Source: Hemiscyllium ocellatum
Lineage: Eukaryota
Direction: 5' to 3'
NCBI RefSeq assembly: GCF_020745735.1
Contig: NC_083427.1
Span: 1,891,438 to 1,955,437, forward strand
Length of the DNA stretch: 64,000 nt
Part shown: positions 49,825-62,768 of the stretch, piece by piece
Layout: each line of letters opens with the position of its first letter
How positions within the stretch are numbered: position 1 is the stretch's first letter
Position numbers and translations under genes: made by a program
The notes under the pieces: model-generated
The model's database searches: none
The model's input: only the letters and a program-made list of their open reading frames with translations
What the model was told of the DNA's origin: nothing

Positions 49825-52800
49825 ACAAAGAACAAAGATCAAAGACCAAAGAACAAAGAAGATTTACAGCCTAGGATAATGCCTTTCGCCTCTGCAAGCC
49901 TGGAACAATCCAAATGCATCATTTAAACCTATTGCTCAATTCCTAAGGATCTGTATCCCTATGTTCCTACCGACACACTTTAAATGAATCTATCTTGCCT
50001 GCCTCTACCACCTTTGCTGGTACCGCGTTCCAGACTTCTACCACCCTCTGCGTAAAGTTCTTGCTGCGTGTATACGCCTCTCACCTTGAACACCTGACAT
50101 CTCTTTATTGAATCCCTCACCCTGCAAAAATTTTATCGGTAGTCACCCTGTCTATACCTTTATGATTTTGTAGAACTCAATTAGGTCCGCCCTCGATGTG
50201 CGTTTCTTGAATGAAAACAACCCTGACCTACTCAACCTCTCTTTGTAGCTAGCACATTCCATACCAGGCAAATCCTTGGAAACCTTCTCTGCACCCTCTC
50301 CAAAGCGATGACATCATTTTCGTAATGTGATGGCCAGAACTGTACACAACTGCGGCCGTGCCAAATTCATGTACAACATTACAATGACCTCCCATCTCTT
50401 ATACTCAATACCACGTCCGTTGAAGTCAAGCATAGCTTATGCGTTCTTGACTACTCGATCCACATGCGCATCCACCTTCAGGTACAATGGACCTTAAATC
50501 TCAGATCTCTCTGCTCATCAACTTTTCCCAAGACTCTTCCATTTACGGTTTAGTTCGCTCTAGAATTAAACCTGCCAAAATGCATTACCTCGCATTTGCC
50601 CGGTTTTGAACTCCATCTGCCATTTCTGCGCCCAACTCATCAGTTTATTTATATTCTTCTGTATTCCTTAACAGCTCCTATGCGTTCTGTTGTCCATCAA
50701 TTCTTGTGCCATTTGCAAACTTAGCGATGAAACCAACAATGCTCTCTTCAAGACCATTTACTTATATCACAAACAATAGTGGCTCCTGCACAGATAACTG
50801 TGGAACACAACTGGTCACCTGTCTCAATTTCGTGAAACACCCTCTGCTTCCAGTTGCTCAACCACTTCTTTGTCCATCTAGCTCGAACGCCCTGCACAGC
50901 ATGTGACTTCACTTTCTCTATTAGTTTACCATGGGGAACCTTATCAAACGCCTTATTAAAGTCCATGTTTATGACATCTACAAACCTTCCTTCCATCTAT
51001 CAACTTGGTCACGTCTTCAAAGAACATGATTGAGTTGGTGAATCACGATCGCCTCCGCAAAATATCATGTTACCTATCACTGATAAGCCTATTCTCTTCC
51101 AAATATAAATAGATCATGTCCCTCAGTACCTTCTCCAGCGACTTTTCCACCAGTGACGTAAAGGTCACTGTCTGCAGTTACCCGGAATATCCCTATTACT
51201 CTTTTTGTACCGGCAGACAAATTAAGCAACTCTCCAGTCCTCCCGCACTTCACTTGTGTTTAAGGATCCTACAAAGATATCTGTTAGGGCTCCTGTTACT
51301 TTACCTGCAGCTTTTCTCAGCAACATGGGATAGATCTCATCCGGTCCTGGGGATTTGTCCAGCTTAATATCCTTTAGCCGACTCAATAAAATCTTTCTGC
51401 TTATGTCAACGTGATCCGGAGAAAAACAAACGTCTTTGTCTAATCTCAACATTCATCATGTCCCTCTCCTTAGTTCACAATTTTGCAAAGTAATCATTGG
51501 GAATCTCACCCATTCTCTTAGCTTCGAAACGGAACCCTTCCTTCCTTACCCTTTAGTGGACCAACGCTTTCTCTAGTTACTCTCTTACTTCTTATGTATG
51601 AATGAAAGGCCTTGTTATTCTCCTTAAGTCTGCCAGGCAAACGTATTTCATGACCGCTTATAGCCCGCTTGAATCCTTGTGTAAGATTGGGCCTCCACTC
51701 CCGATATTCCTCCAAGGCCCGTTCTGTTCTTAATTGCCTGGACCTTATTAACTCTTTCCTTTTCCGCTTGGCCAGTCGCACAATTTCTCCTCTCATCCAC
51801 GGTTAACGAATCTTGCCTTTCCTATCCCTTGTTTTCAAAGGGACATGGCAATCCTGCACTATATTAAGCCTCTCTTTGCAAGCCTCCCGCAAATCAGATG
51901 TGGACATCTCTTCAAATAGCTGTCCCAAATCCACATTTCCCAGCTCCTGCCGAATTTTGACATATTTCGCCTTGACCCAGTTTAGTACTCTTCCCTTAGG
52001 ACCACTCTCATTTTTGTTTACGAGTATTCAAAACTTACAGAAGTGTAGTCAGCATTCCCAAGGAAATCCATGACTGCAAATTCTACCACCGGGCCTGGCG
52101 CATTCCCCAGCGCCCAGTCCAAAAAGGCCCCTTCCTTATTTGGCCTATTGACATAGTGCTCTCGAAATCTTTCTTGGATGATTCTTAGAAATTCTGCCCC
52201 ATTCAGGCCTCTGACACTAAGTGCATCACAGTCATTGTTGTGAATATTTAAATATTCCATCACCACCACTCTGCTACCTCTGTACCGTTCTATAATCTGT
52301 TTACCTATTTGTTCTTCTACCTCATGCTCGGAGTGGGCAGGCCTGCATTACAGAACAACAATGTAATTGCACGCTGCTTATTTCTTAGCACGAGCCATAA
52401 TGCTTCACTTCTCCACCTCTCCATAGTTCCCTCTTTAGCCCAGCATCCCTCACCTGCAATGCAACTTCTCTTCCCAACTCTTTTACTTCACTCCCTGTCT
52501 GTCTGAAACATCTACATCCTGGATCATTTAGTTGTCAATCATTCAACCAAGTCTCTGTGATCACAATAACGTCACACTCCCAGGCACCAATCCAAGCCCG
52601 AATTTCGTCTGTCATACCAACTATATTCCATGCATTAAAGCATATGCACTTCAACTACCACTTCCTTTGATTTCATATGCGCTCTGCCTACTCTTCCCCT
52701 TGGTAATGCCAACTTCATGAACTTTACGGTGTCTAGTTTCAGCGTCGTTGTCCACTAACCTTCTCCTCTGGTTCTAGGCCCCAAACCAAGTATTTTAACC

Positions 52801-53250
52801 CCTCCGAACGGCAGTAGCAAGAACTCTCCCAAGAAATTTAATTCCAGTATCGTTCAGGTGGTAGACCATCCAATTTTTAATACTTGCACCTTCCTCTGAA
52901 CCGGTCCTAATGTCCCACAAATTTGAACCAACTCCTCCTGTACCATTCAACAGTCGACAGGTTCAGCCTGCCTGTTTTTTTTACCATTTCTACCCTGGTT
53001 ATCACGTGGCACTGGTAGCAATCTTGAGATCAGTATCTTTGAGGTCCTCCTCTTTATTTTGCCTCCTAGCTGCGTGAATTCTGCTTTCAGGACCTTATCT
53101 CTTTTTTTTTAAAAAAAGCTTATATCATTGTTGCCTATATGCACCTCAATATTACTGAGGCCATGTCCGTTCACTCTTCCTTTTCAGAATGCTCTGCAGT
53201 AATCGGTAACATCCTGGACTGGAGCACCCAATACGAGTACTATAGATGGG
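49825..53250 (-). mobile_element. Long degraded CR1 LINE (endonuclease, RT, 3' tail)
   Basis: Minus-strand EN remnant (52018-52269), IKLDKSPGPDEIYPMLL...DWRVA (51222-51452), VDVINMDFNKAFDKVPHGKLIEKVK (50748-50996) and a (gaacaaa)n tail at ~49825-49860. Many stops. Confidence 0.9.
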
Positions 53251-55630
53251 TCAGTTTTTGTCCAGTGTGTGCAGCAGGGTTTCCTGACACAGTATGTAGA
53301 CAGGCCAACATGGGGCGATGCCGCATTAGATTTGATAATGGGTAATGAGCCCGGCCAAGTGTTAGACTTGGACGTAGCTGAGCACTTTGGTGATAGCGAT
53401 CACAATTCTATTATGTTTATTTTAGTGATAGAAAGGGGAAGGTGCATACCACTTGGCAAGAGTTTCAGCTGGGGGAAAAGCAAATACGATGCAATTAGGC
53501 AAGATTTAGGAGGCATAGGATGGGGAAGGAACGTGCAGTGTATGGGCACATTAGAAATGTGGAGCTTATTCAAGAAAAAGCTCCTGTGTGTCCTAGATAA
53601 GTATGTACCTGTCAGGCAAGGAGTAAATTGTAGAGCGCGGGATCCATAGTTGACAAAGGAAGTGAAATTTCTGGTCAAGAGGAAGAAGACATATTTTAGG
53701 ATGAGACGTGAAGGCTCAGTTCTGGCGCGTGAGTGTTACAAGGTAGCCAGAAAAGACATAGAGAGAGAGAGAGCTCGGAAGAGCCAGGTGGATAAATGAA
53801 AAGTTGTTGGTGGATAAGATCAGGGTAAACCCTAAGGCTTTCTATAGGTATTTAATAATTAAAAGAATGACAACAGTAAGGCAAAGGTCAATCAAGGACA
53901 GCAGAGGGAGGTTTTGTGTGGAGTCAGAGGAGATAGGAGAAGCATGAAATGAATTTATTCGATAGTAGTCACTCTAGAAAACGAGCATATTGTCGAGGAG
54001 AATACTGTGATACAGGCTACTAGACTAGGTGGGATTGAGGTTCACAAGGAAGAGCGATTAGAAATCCTGCAGAGTATAAAAATAGATAAGTCCCCTAGGC
54101 CGGATGGGATTTATCTTCGGATGCTCTGGGAAGCCAGGGAGGAGATTGCCGAGCCTTTAGCATTGATCTTTAAATCGTCATTATCTACAGGATTACTGCC
54201 AGAAGGCTGGAGAATAGCAAATGTGGTTCCCCTGTTCAAGAAAGAGAGTAGAGACAACCCTGGTAATTATAGACCAGTGAGTCTTACTTCAGTTGTTTAT
54301 AAAGTGTTGGAAAAGATTAGAACAAATTAGGATTTATAATCATCTAGAAAAGAATAATTTGCTTTGGGATAGTCAGCACGGTTTTGTAAAGGGTATGTCG
54401 TGCCTCACAAAATATATTCAGTTCTTTGAGAAGGTGACCAAAAAGGTAGATGAGAGTAAACCGGTTGATGTGGTGTATATGAACTTCAGTAAGAAGTTCG
54501 ATATAGTTCCCCACAGTTGACTATTGCACAAAATGCGGAGGAATGAAATTGTGGGATATATAGCAGTTTGGATCAGAAAAAGGCTTGCTGAAAGAAGACA
54601 GAGGGTGGTGGTTGATGGGAAACGTTCATCTTGGAGTCCAGTTGCTACTGCTGTACTGCAAGGGTCGGTGTTGGGTCAACTGCTATTCTTCATTTTTATA
54701 ATCGACCTGAATGAGGGCGTAAAAGGGTGGGTTAGTAAATTTGCAGAAGACGTTAAGGTCGGTGTAGTTGTGGATACAGACGAAGGATGTTGTAGGTTAC
54801 AGAGAGGCATAGATAAGCCGCAGAGCTGGGCTGAGAGGTGACAAATGCACTTTAATGCGGACAAGAGTGAGGTGATTCACTTCGGTCGGAGTAATTGGAA
54901 TGCAAAGTACAGGGCTAATGGTAAGATTCTTGGCAGTGTAGATGAGCAGAGATCTCGGTGCCCATGTACACACATCTTGGAAAGTTGCCACCCAGGTTCA
55001 CAGGATGATTAAGAAGGCATACAGTGTTTTAGCTTTTATTAACAGAGAGGTCGTGTTCCAGAACCAAGAAATATGCTGCAGTTGTATAACACTGATGCGG
55101 CCACAATTGGAGTATTGTGTACAGTTCTGGTCACCGCATTACAAGAAGAATGCAAAAGCTTTGGAAAGGGTGCAAAGGAGATTTACGAGGAGATGCCTGG
55201 TATGGAGGGAAGGTGTTATGAGGAAAGTCTAAGGGACTTGAGGCTAGTTTCGTTAGAGTGAAGAAGATTGAGAGGTGACTTAATAGAGACATACAAGATA
55301 ATCAGAGGGTTAGATAGGGTGGACAGGGCGAGCCTTTTTCCAAGTATGGCGACAGCAAGCATGAGGGGGCATAGTTTTAAAGTGAGTGGTGATAGATATA
55401 GGACAGATGTCAGAGGTAGTTTCCTAACTCTGAGAGTCGTAAGGGCGTGGAATGCTTTGCCTGCAACGGTAGTAGATTCGCCAACTTTAAGAACTTGAAG
55501 TACATTTAGACGTCATTAGACAAGCATATGGACCTACATGGAATAGTGTAGGGTAGGTGGGCTTCAGATTGGTATGACAGGTCGGCACAACACCGAGGGC
55601 CGAAGGGCCTGTACTGCGCTGTAACCTTCC
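53250..55630 (+). mobile_element. Long degraded CR1 LINE ORF2 and 3' UTR
   Basis: FLTQYVDRPT...SDHNSI (EN), DKSPRPDGIY...WRIANVVPLFKKESRDNPGNYRPVSLTSVV, QHGFVKGMSCLT, VLQGSVLGQLLFFIFIIDL..SKFAED (RT) and RPQLEYCVQFWSPHY, then the 3' UTR. Frameshifts and stops are present. Confidence 0.95.
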
Positions 55631-56129
55631 ATGTAGGGTCGTTGCCCGATTCATATTTATTTGCAGTTCATGTTCTCAATATGGAAAGGTTTCAGTGTCA
55701 CTATAAAGCTCTGGACGTTCTTTGTTTGATTGCAACTGTTCTACAGCATGTCAAGACTGTAAATGTGATTGTGCAATGATGTAATGGAAGATAGAAAACA
55801 GGAAATTGTAATCTCAGTCTCTACACGTCACTGCTCTATAACTCTGCTGGACAGACCCTCAGAATCTGTGATAATGTATTTAAAAACGGAGGTCTCAAAG
55901 TGCAATGAGAACCCGTCTCCTAAGGAGGCATCAGGGACGATGCAGTTAAATCTCGTTTGATACTGGTGTACTGTTATCACGAATGACCTGCAAATATAAT
56001 ATTCTAGAAGTATTAACGTGACACGAAATACACTGAAGTATAGGCCAAGGGCTTGTATGGAAATAATGACAGGAGAAAGAGTGGGAATTGATATTTCAAT
56101 TTTAAAAATAATTTACATGAAACGCTTCC

Positions 56130-56420
56130 CTGGTAGGCGGCACAGTGGCTGTTACTGCTGCCTCACACCGTCAGAGAACCGGTTTCAATTCCCGGCTCCG
56201 GCAACTGTCTGCACATTCTCCCCGTGTCTGTGTGGGTTTCCTCTGGGTGCTCCAGTTTTTCTCCCACAGTCCAAAAATGTGCAGGTAGGTGAATTGGCCA
56301 TGCTAAATTACCGAAGTGGTAGATGTAGAGGAATGGGTCTGGATCGGTTGCTCTTCGGAGGGTGGGTGTGGACTTTTTGGGTCAAAGGGCCTGTTTACAC
56401 ACTGCAAGTAATTAACCTCA
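56130..56420 (+). mobile_element. HE1-type tRNA-derived SINE
   Basis: gcggcacagtggct...actgctgcctcac...ggtttcaattccc (decayed A/B boxes), body gtgggtttcctctgggtgctcc...ggccatgctaaatt, and a CR1-like tail. Confidence 0.8.
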
Positions 56421-57199
56421 CCTAATCCGAAATGATTGAGTGCTGGAACATCATGCACTAAATTGAAGCTGATCGTGGTCCTGTTTCACTAGATTTGCAA
56501 GGAAGCCACATCAATTAAGGGCAGCAGAATCGCTTTCCTGTAGAAGAGTCACCAATCAGATTTCTAGGAAACGGTCATATTATGTAAAATGTCAAGAACA
56601 ATTGTGTGTTTTCCAGGATTAATGGTTGGTTCCCAAGTTTTCTAGTTACTTTGACTCCTGATCTACACCGGTTTGATGAAGAAGATAAGGGTTTCTAATT
56701 ACTTAGTAATGAAGCTGATGTCCAGCTCAACTGTACCTAAGCTACTTGAAAACTTCTGTACATTGGAAAGCATCTGAACTCGTGTCCAGAATGTTGTGAG
56801 CTTTGAACGATGCCTAAACTAAATCCTATCAGTCAAAATTAGGATTATCCCATCAGCTTGTGGTTGTACTGGTGCCTAGGTGCTTTCTGATGTGACGTTT
56901 TGGAATATATTCTGACAACAAATGCAGTTTGGAAAATGTAAAGCGTTTCTACACCTAAATGTTGGATGGCGACCCCGTGTGCTTTAGCATCCTGAAGGAG
57001 GCAGCAGATGGTGTGTCTCCATAGTTCTTTGGGAGAAAGAGATTGATTAGGCACTCACACACTTTTGATGTTAAATGTGTATAAAATGTGTAAAAAGGAG
57101 AGTGAAGATCTTTGAAAATACATGAAAAACATTGTGAAGCAATAGTAGGAACAATTAATGAATTCAGAATATCCCATACATGAAGAGTCAAACTGACAT

Positions 57200-58345
57200 A
57201 GGATGTACATTCAATTCTCTATGATGGAGGTGGTTGGAAGTGAGTATTTTTTGTCAGAAGGTGATCTGCCAATGGTTGACAACCTGAACGATTACACAGA
57301 TAATTCGCAAGATTGGTTCCAGTTTACACAATTGGTTTGATGGTGGAATGCACAGTTTGATCATGGAAACTGTTTGTCGGACTAGAGACTTGTGACTCGT
57401 GCAGAGCCTGATTGTTCCTTGCTTGACCCATTACTGTTTGTTATCTATATGAATGATTTAGGCGAGAACATACAAGACACAATTACTAAGTTTGAAGATG
57501 ACACAAAATAAGATGTATTGCGGACAGTGAGGAAGATTGTCAGAAATAAGAGCAGAAAATTGATCAGCTGAGGATGTTGGCCAAGAAATTGCAAATGGAA
57601 TTTAACAGACACAACTGTGAGGTTTTTCGTTTTGTAAAGTCAAATCAAGGTCAACGTTTCATGGTGAATGGTAAGGCCTTAAAAGGTGCCATGAAACAGA
57701 GCGAACTTAGAGTTCAGGTGCACGGCCTTCATCAGTCAGTACTTTCAGAATAGAAGTTGGGAAGTTATTCTGTCACTGCACAGAACTTGTTGGGGCCGCA
57801 CTTGCAGTAATGTTTTCAGTTCTGGTCACCTTGCTGTCGGAAAAATGTTATTCAACTGGGAAGTGTGACGACAAAATTTGCAAGGAAGTTGCCAGGATTC
57901 AACAGTCTGAGTTAGAGCAAGAAGTTGGACAAGCTACGATTTCTTTTTCATTGGAGCCAATGAGACTGAAGGTGGAACTGAGTGAAGTGCATACGATTGT
58001 GCAAAGCAGGGGCAAGCTGAATGCACTCAGTGTTTTATCCAAAAATTTGGGAATTGAGGATGTGAAGTCATCAGTTTTAGTTTTGAGGAGAAAGAATACA
58101 AGGAATATTGAGGGGTAACTTTCTGACACAGAGGGTGGCATGCATGTGGAATGAGCTGCCAGAGAAGTACTTGAGGATGGTACATTGAAAACATTTAAAA
58201 GGCATTTTAATAAATACACTGTTATGAAAGGTATCGGAGGATACTTGCCATGTGCAGAAAATGACATTAACGTGGAATGACATTTTGGTCGGCAACAACC
58301 AGTTTGGGTCAAATACCCTGTCTCCATACTGTACGATTCTATGCC
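57200..58345 (+). mobile_element. CR1 LINE RT-3' end
   Basis: ccattactgtttgttatctatatgaatgattta...actaagtttgaagatgacacaaaa (RT core) through the 3' UTR. Confidence 0.8.
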
Positions 58346-58559
58346 TCTGCCAAGCCATCTTCCCACCCATTCAATTTCTACGACAAACCAAGCATCTTCA
58401 ACAATAAATACACCGTTAATTTATTGTGATGGCATGATCTACACTCAAAGTGCTGAACCACTGAATATCTATGTTTTGTACTCATTCTCAGGTTTAAGAC
58501 GTTCACGTAGGCGTTGGCTATTTTCTGTCTCTACTCTTGTTAACGGCTCAGCATGTCAG

Positions 58560-59050
58560 GGCGAAAGTGAGGACTGCAGATGCTGGAGATTAGAGTCGAG
58601 ACTGTGGTGTTGGAAAGGAATGGAAGATTAGGCAGTCTCCGAGGAGCTGGGGAATCGACGTTTTGGTCAAAAATCCTTCATCAGGAAAGAGACTGGGAGC
58701 CGAGGGGGTGAGGGATAAATGTCTGGGGGGTGTTGCTGGGTTAACGTAACTGACAGTGCAATAGGTGGATGGAGGTGGGGGTAATGGCAACAGGTCAGAG
58801 GGTAGAGTGGAGCAGACAGTTGGGAACGAAGTTTGTCAGGTAGGACACCTCATGTGGGCAGTGCCGAGTTGGAAGGCTGGCTCTGGGATAGGTTGCAGAG
58901 TGGGGAAATTAGGAAACTGGGAAAATACATATTGACACCATGGGGTTGGAAGGTCCCGAAGCGGAAGTTGAGGCGTTCTTCCTCCAGGCATCGTGTGGTT
59001 TGGGAGTCGTGATGGAGAATGGCCAGGACCTGAATGACCTTGATGGAGTG
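58560..59050 (-). mobile_element. Penelope-like element (second family) GIY-YIG C-terminus and 3' end with hammerhead remnant
   Basis: Minus-strand HFNSASHSIKVIQVLAILHHDSQTTRCLEEERLNFRFGTFQPHGVN, with core ttcCTGATGAaggatttttgaccAAAACgtcga at ~58656-58685. Confidence 0.75.
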
Positions 59051-59524
59051 AGAGGCGGAATTGAAATGTTAGCATGTTAATCGAGTAGATAGAAAGCTGG
59101 GTTGCAATCACTGTTGGAGTGGAGGGATTACGATTTTTTTCTATTGTATCATTGGAGAAAGGGCACCACATGAGCATTACAGACGTGAGTCTGATAAAAA
59201 TCAATTCGACCAAACGATGTCAAGTACAGTTAAATCGAAAGATCAGGTGAAACTGCTACATAGAGAGAAATGAATAAGTGTCACAGAATTTTTGCAATTC
59301 AGTAAGTTGTCAATAGGCTAAAAGCACCTTCACAGGTTATATTAGCCCCTACGAATATAATACATTTTTATATAAAACTGCACACCATTGTCACCAAACA
59401 ACAACAAATAAATCCAATGACCTATTGATTGCTTCAATTGAACCTGTTTCTACTATGTTGTCAGGAAATGCATTCCATACGCTGTTAACTCACTCAGTTT
59501 TAACCACCGAGTCACCATGTGAAC

Positions 59525-59650
59525 CGATAAGAGCTGATGAAGATCTTATGCTCGAAACGTTAACTCTCCTGATCCCTAGATACTGCATTACCAGCTGTGT
59601 TTTTCCAGCGCCACACTTTTTGAATATGATCTCCAGCTCTGGAGTAAGGC
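59525..59650 (+). mobile_element. Penelope-derived short element with hammerhead core
   Basis: CTGATGA (59534-40), a-gatcttatgctc, GAAAC (59554-58), GTT; followed by a ...ctgtgtttttccagcgccacact arm. Confidence 0.65.
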
Positions 59651-60659
59651 ATATTGTTTCACTGATCCTTACCATTGGACAAAGACAAACATGCAATCAA
59701 TGTTGACAACGACGGCTTTACACTTCTGTTGAAACTCCCCACCTTAGATTGTGACCTTCAGTTGATACCTTTCGGCACAGATGTCACCCTGAATCATGCC
59801 TGTCAATCTTTGTACCTTACAAATATATCTGCATTCTCATTTCCGTATTTTTGCCAAGATCTCTCTTGGAGCTATGACTACACTAACCAGACTCTCGGGT
59901 GGAACCTGAAATAAACATCTATGAGCAGCTAAGCACTGAGTGTGATGCTGCGTTTCAAAGATGTTCATTATAGAGTCTTACATTTCACCGATGCTCACGT
60001 GCAGATTAATGAAGTGGCATCTAGTCGGGTTCTATTTGACCCACTTTTTGAATACAGGTGATTTTCCAAATTGTAAGATATTTGTCAGTGTTGTGGCTGC
60101 ACTGAAACAGTTTGGCTCGGGGTGTGGCAAATTCTGGAGCAAAAGTCTTCAATTCTATTGTCGGGACATTGGCAAATGCCACAGTCTTTGCTGTATCAAG
60201 TGGCTACCAGATGTTTCTTGTTATTACATGGATTGAACAGATCTGATTGAAGACTAGCATCTGTGATGCAGTTGTGCTCTGGAGTAGCTGTGGACTACCA
60301 CCGTTTGGATTTTCGTCCTCCATTCAGGTTGGTCCTGAAGACTTCCTCACACCAGCATTGGATGAGGCGCCCTTTGTGCATTCAATAATAATTCCTGCAC
60401 TATTTTGCGTCTTACTTTAAACAATGATAAGAGACTGAATTCGGTTCTAATTAATAGCGTTATTCTTGGAAAATATATTGGATTTATTCATTAATCATGT
60501 GAGATCAAGGCTCGAATATCGAGTCATCGAGTCATACAGCATGGGCACTTCAGTCCAATTAGCAGTTGCGTACCACATACTTTTCGAATTGTCTTTTAAA
60601 CGTTGTAATTACATTTTCACAGTGATTGGAAATGAATTTCTCTTCTCTTTGCTGAAGGA

Positions 60660-60792
60660 CTGTGGAGAAAGTGAGTAACGCAGATTCTGGAGATCAGAGT
60701 CAAAAAGTGTGGTGCTGGAAAACACGGTTGGTCAGGCAGCATCCGAGGAACACAATAGTCGAGGTTTCCAGTATAAGCTCTTCATCAGGAAC
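60660..60792 (-). mobile_element. Penelope-derived short element with hammerhead remnant
   Basis: Reverse complement ttcCTGATGAagagcttatactgGAAACctcgact...ggatgctgcctgacc...ttccagcaccacact. Confidence 0.65.
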
Positions 60793-61617
60793 GACTGTGG
60801 CTTGTACTGTGTAACATGGGAATGTCCATTGTTGGTCACAAGGGTACGTTTCAGCAAAAAGCCAAACCTGACATCACATACATGAAGACACTGATCACCA
60901 TTTAGTGGTAGATATCTCAATACTCTGGAAATATATTCTTGTAAACTCTGACCCTAATATCTGTCGATCAGGCCTCAGCACAAATCTGGAGTATAACATG
61001 ACTAAATATTCACACAGCAACATTTAATAAAGGATTCTCGACTTTATTCTTTCAATGCAGCAGATCAGGTGTCATGGCACACGAAAATGTTCAGCCATGT
61101 CTCAACCTCCTGCGCTTTATTTCATGATCTCAAGCCCAGAATCATCACGAAGTACCTGACAGTACACAGGTAGATTTCTATAAACCCCTATTAACATTCA
61201 GTATTTACCATGTTGTCAATTTGAAAGGCGAACTCACATTACTCGACTGTTTCACGCTATTCTTCATCATTTCAATTACTGTCGAATTTTCTTTGAACCG
61301 GTTTCTATTTGAAAGTAGCATAAATTTCTCTCTGCGTATTGCTCTCTATCGGTTTTTCTCGTGTCGACTCTTTGAATCTTTATACCAAATTATGCAATGC
61401 TGAAATTGAGATACCTTTTTCGACTATCTATGAGGATTCATCTCTCGTCATCTATGCTGTTACGCTTCCCTCCAGTCCTATGTCTTTTATCCACAGATGT
61501 GTCGATTTTTGTATCTGAAATGTTGGAACTGTGGTAATACTGCAAGAATAAACTTCTCTTCATTCAGCAATTCGATGAATTGATCTTTGGTAACTCGACT
61601 CGACACTGAGGCGTACA

Positions 61618-61618
<1 letters not shown>

Positions 61619-61676
<58 letters not shown>
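61619..61676. repeat. (CA)n microsatellite, ~29 units
   Basis: Read directly. Confidence 0.98.
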
Positions 61677-61678
<2 letters not shown>

Positions 61679-62481
61679 GATAGAGATGACATGGATTGAC
61701 TCTGAATGATGCTTATGATGTCTCCTCCTGGAGATGGCCATTTCCTGACAAGTGGCAAGAATCTTGCTTGCTGCTTGTAGCCAAGCCTGCATTCTATACA
61801 GGTCTTCTTGCATTTTGGACGCGGATTACTGGTGCTGAAAATCGTCGAGATTGTTACTTTGTCAAAACAGTCAATTTTTGTTTGCAAGACAGCTGTCGCC
61901 TCTGTATCATTTTTCAGTGTGTTAATATTGAAAACACTGCAGTTGTTTACATTCATACAACGTATTAGTCGTTATTTCTATGCTACTTTCATGACAGACA
62001 ATTGTTAAGACGCTGAATGTTAACGACCAAGTCCACTGTCGCCCCGTTCCACAACCTTGTCTGCACCTTATCTATCAGAAAGTGATCATTCTGTTCACCA
62101 GCTGCATGCATGTAATGACACCAGCAGGTGGAAGTAAAGTATAAATTGTGCATCACAGCCAAAGATTTTCCATCACTTACTATAAGTTGGAGGGGGGAAA
62201 CGTTCTGGTAGCTGATTACAATCCTGGGAAGCAGGGAGCATGCCAAACAAAACTGTCATACGTAGCCTTGCGCACAGTAAATCCTCTCGATTTATGACCA
62301 ATAAGGACAAAACATTGCTCCTTCATGTTAAGAATATTTTTCATATGTCCCAGGAGTTTTGTTTTGTTCTCAACCCGTAACACACTGCTGAAAGGAGCAT
62401 AATATCAAGAAATACTTTTTCAACGATCATTTTATTAAGTTGCAGCGATGGTTAAGGTTTGGAAAAGCAATGGTGGAATTT

Positions 62482-62768
62482 AGATTAGACTTACAGTGTG
62501 GAAACAGGCCCTTCGGCCCAAAAAGTCCACACCGACCCTCCGAAGCGCAACCCACCCATACCCCTACATTTACCCCTTACCTAACACTACGGGCAATTTA
62601 GCATGGCCAATTCACCTGACCCGCACATCTTTGGACTGGGGGAGGAAACCCACGCAGACACAGGGAGAATGCGCAAACTCCACACAGTCTGTCGCCTGAG
62701 TCGGCGATTGAACCCGGGTCTCAGGCACTGTGAGGCAGCAGTGCTAACCACTGTGCCACCGTGCCACA
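62482..62768 (-). mobile_element. HE1-type SINE, full length
   Basis: The reverse complement begins gtggcacggtggcacagtggttagcactgctgcctcacagtgcctgagacccgggttcaatc (A and B boxes) and ends with a CR1-derived tail (gggcctgtttccacactgtaagtctaatct). Confidence 0.9.

Noticed and set aside
61487-61956. 108- and 130-aa minus-strand ORFs with poly-CV tracts
   Set aside because: Artefacts of the (CA)n microsatellite.
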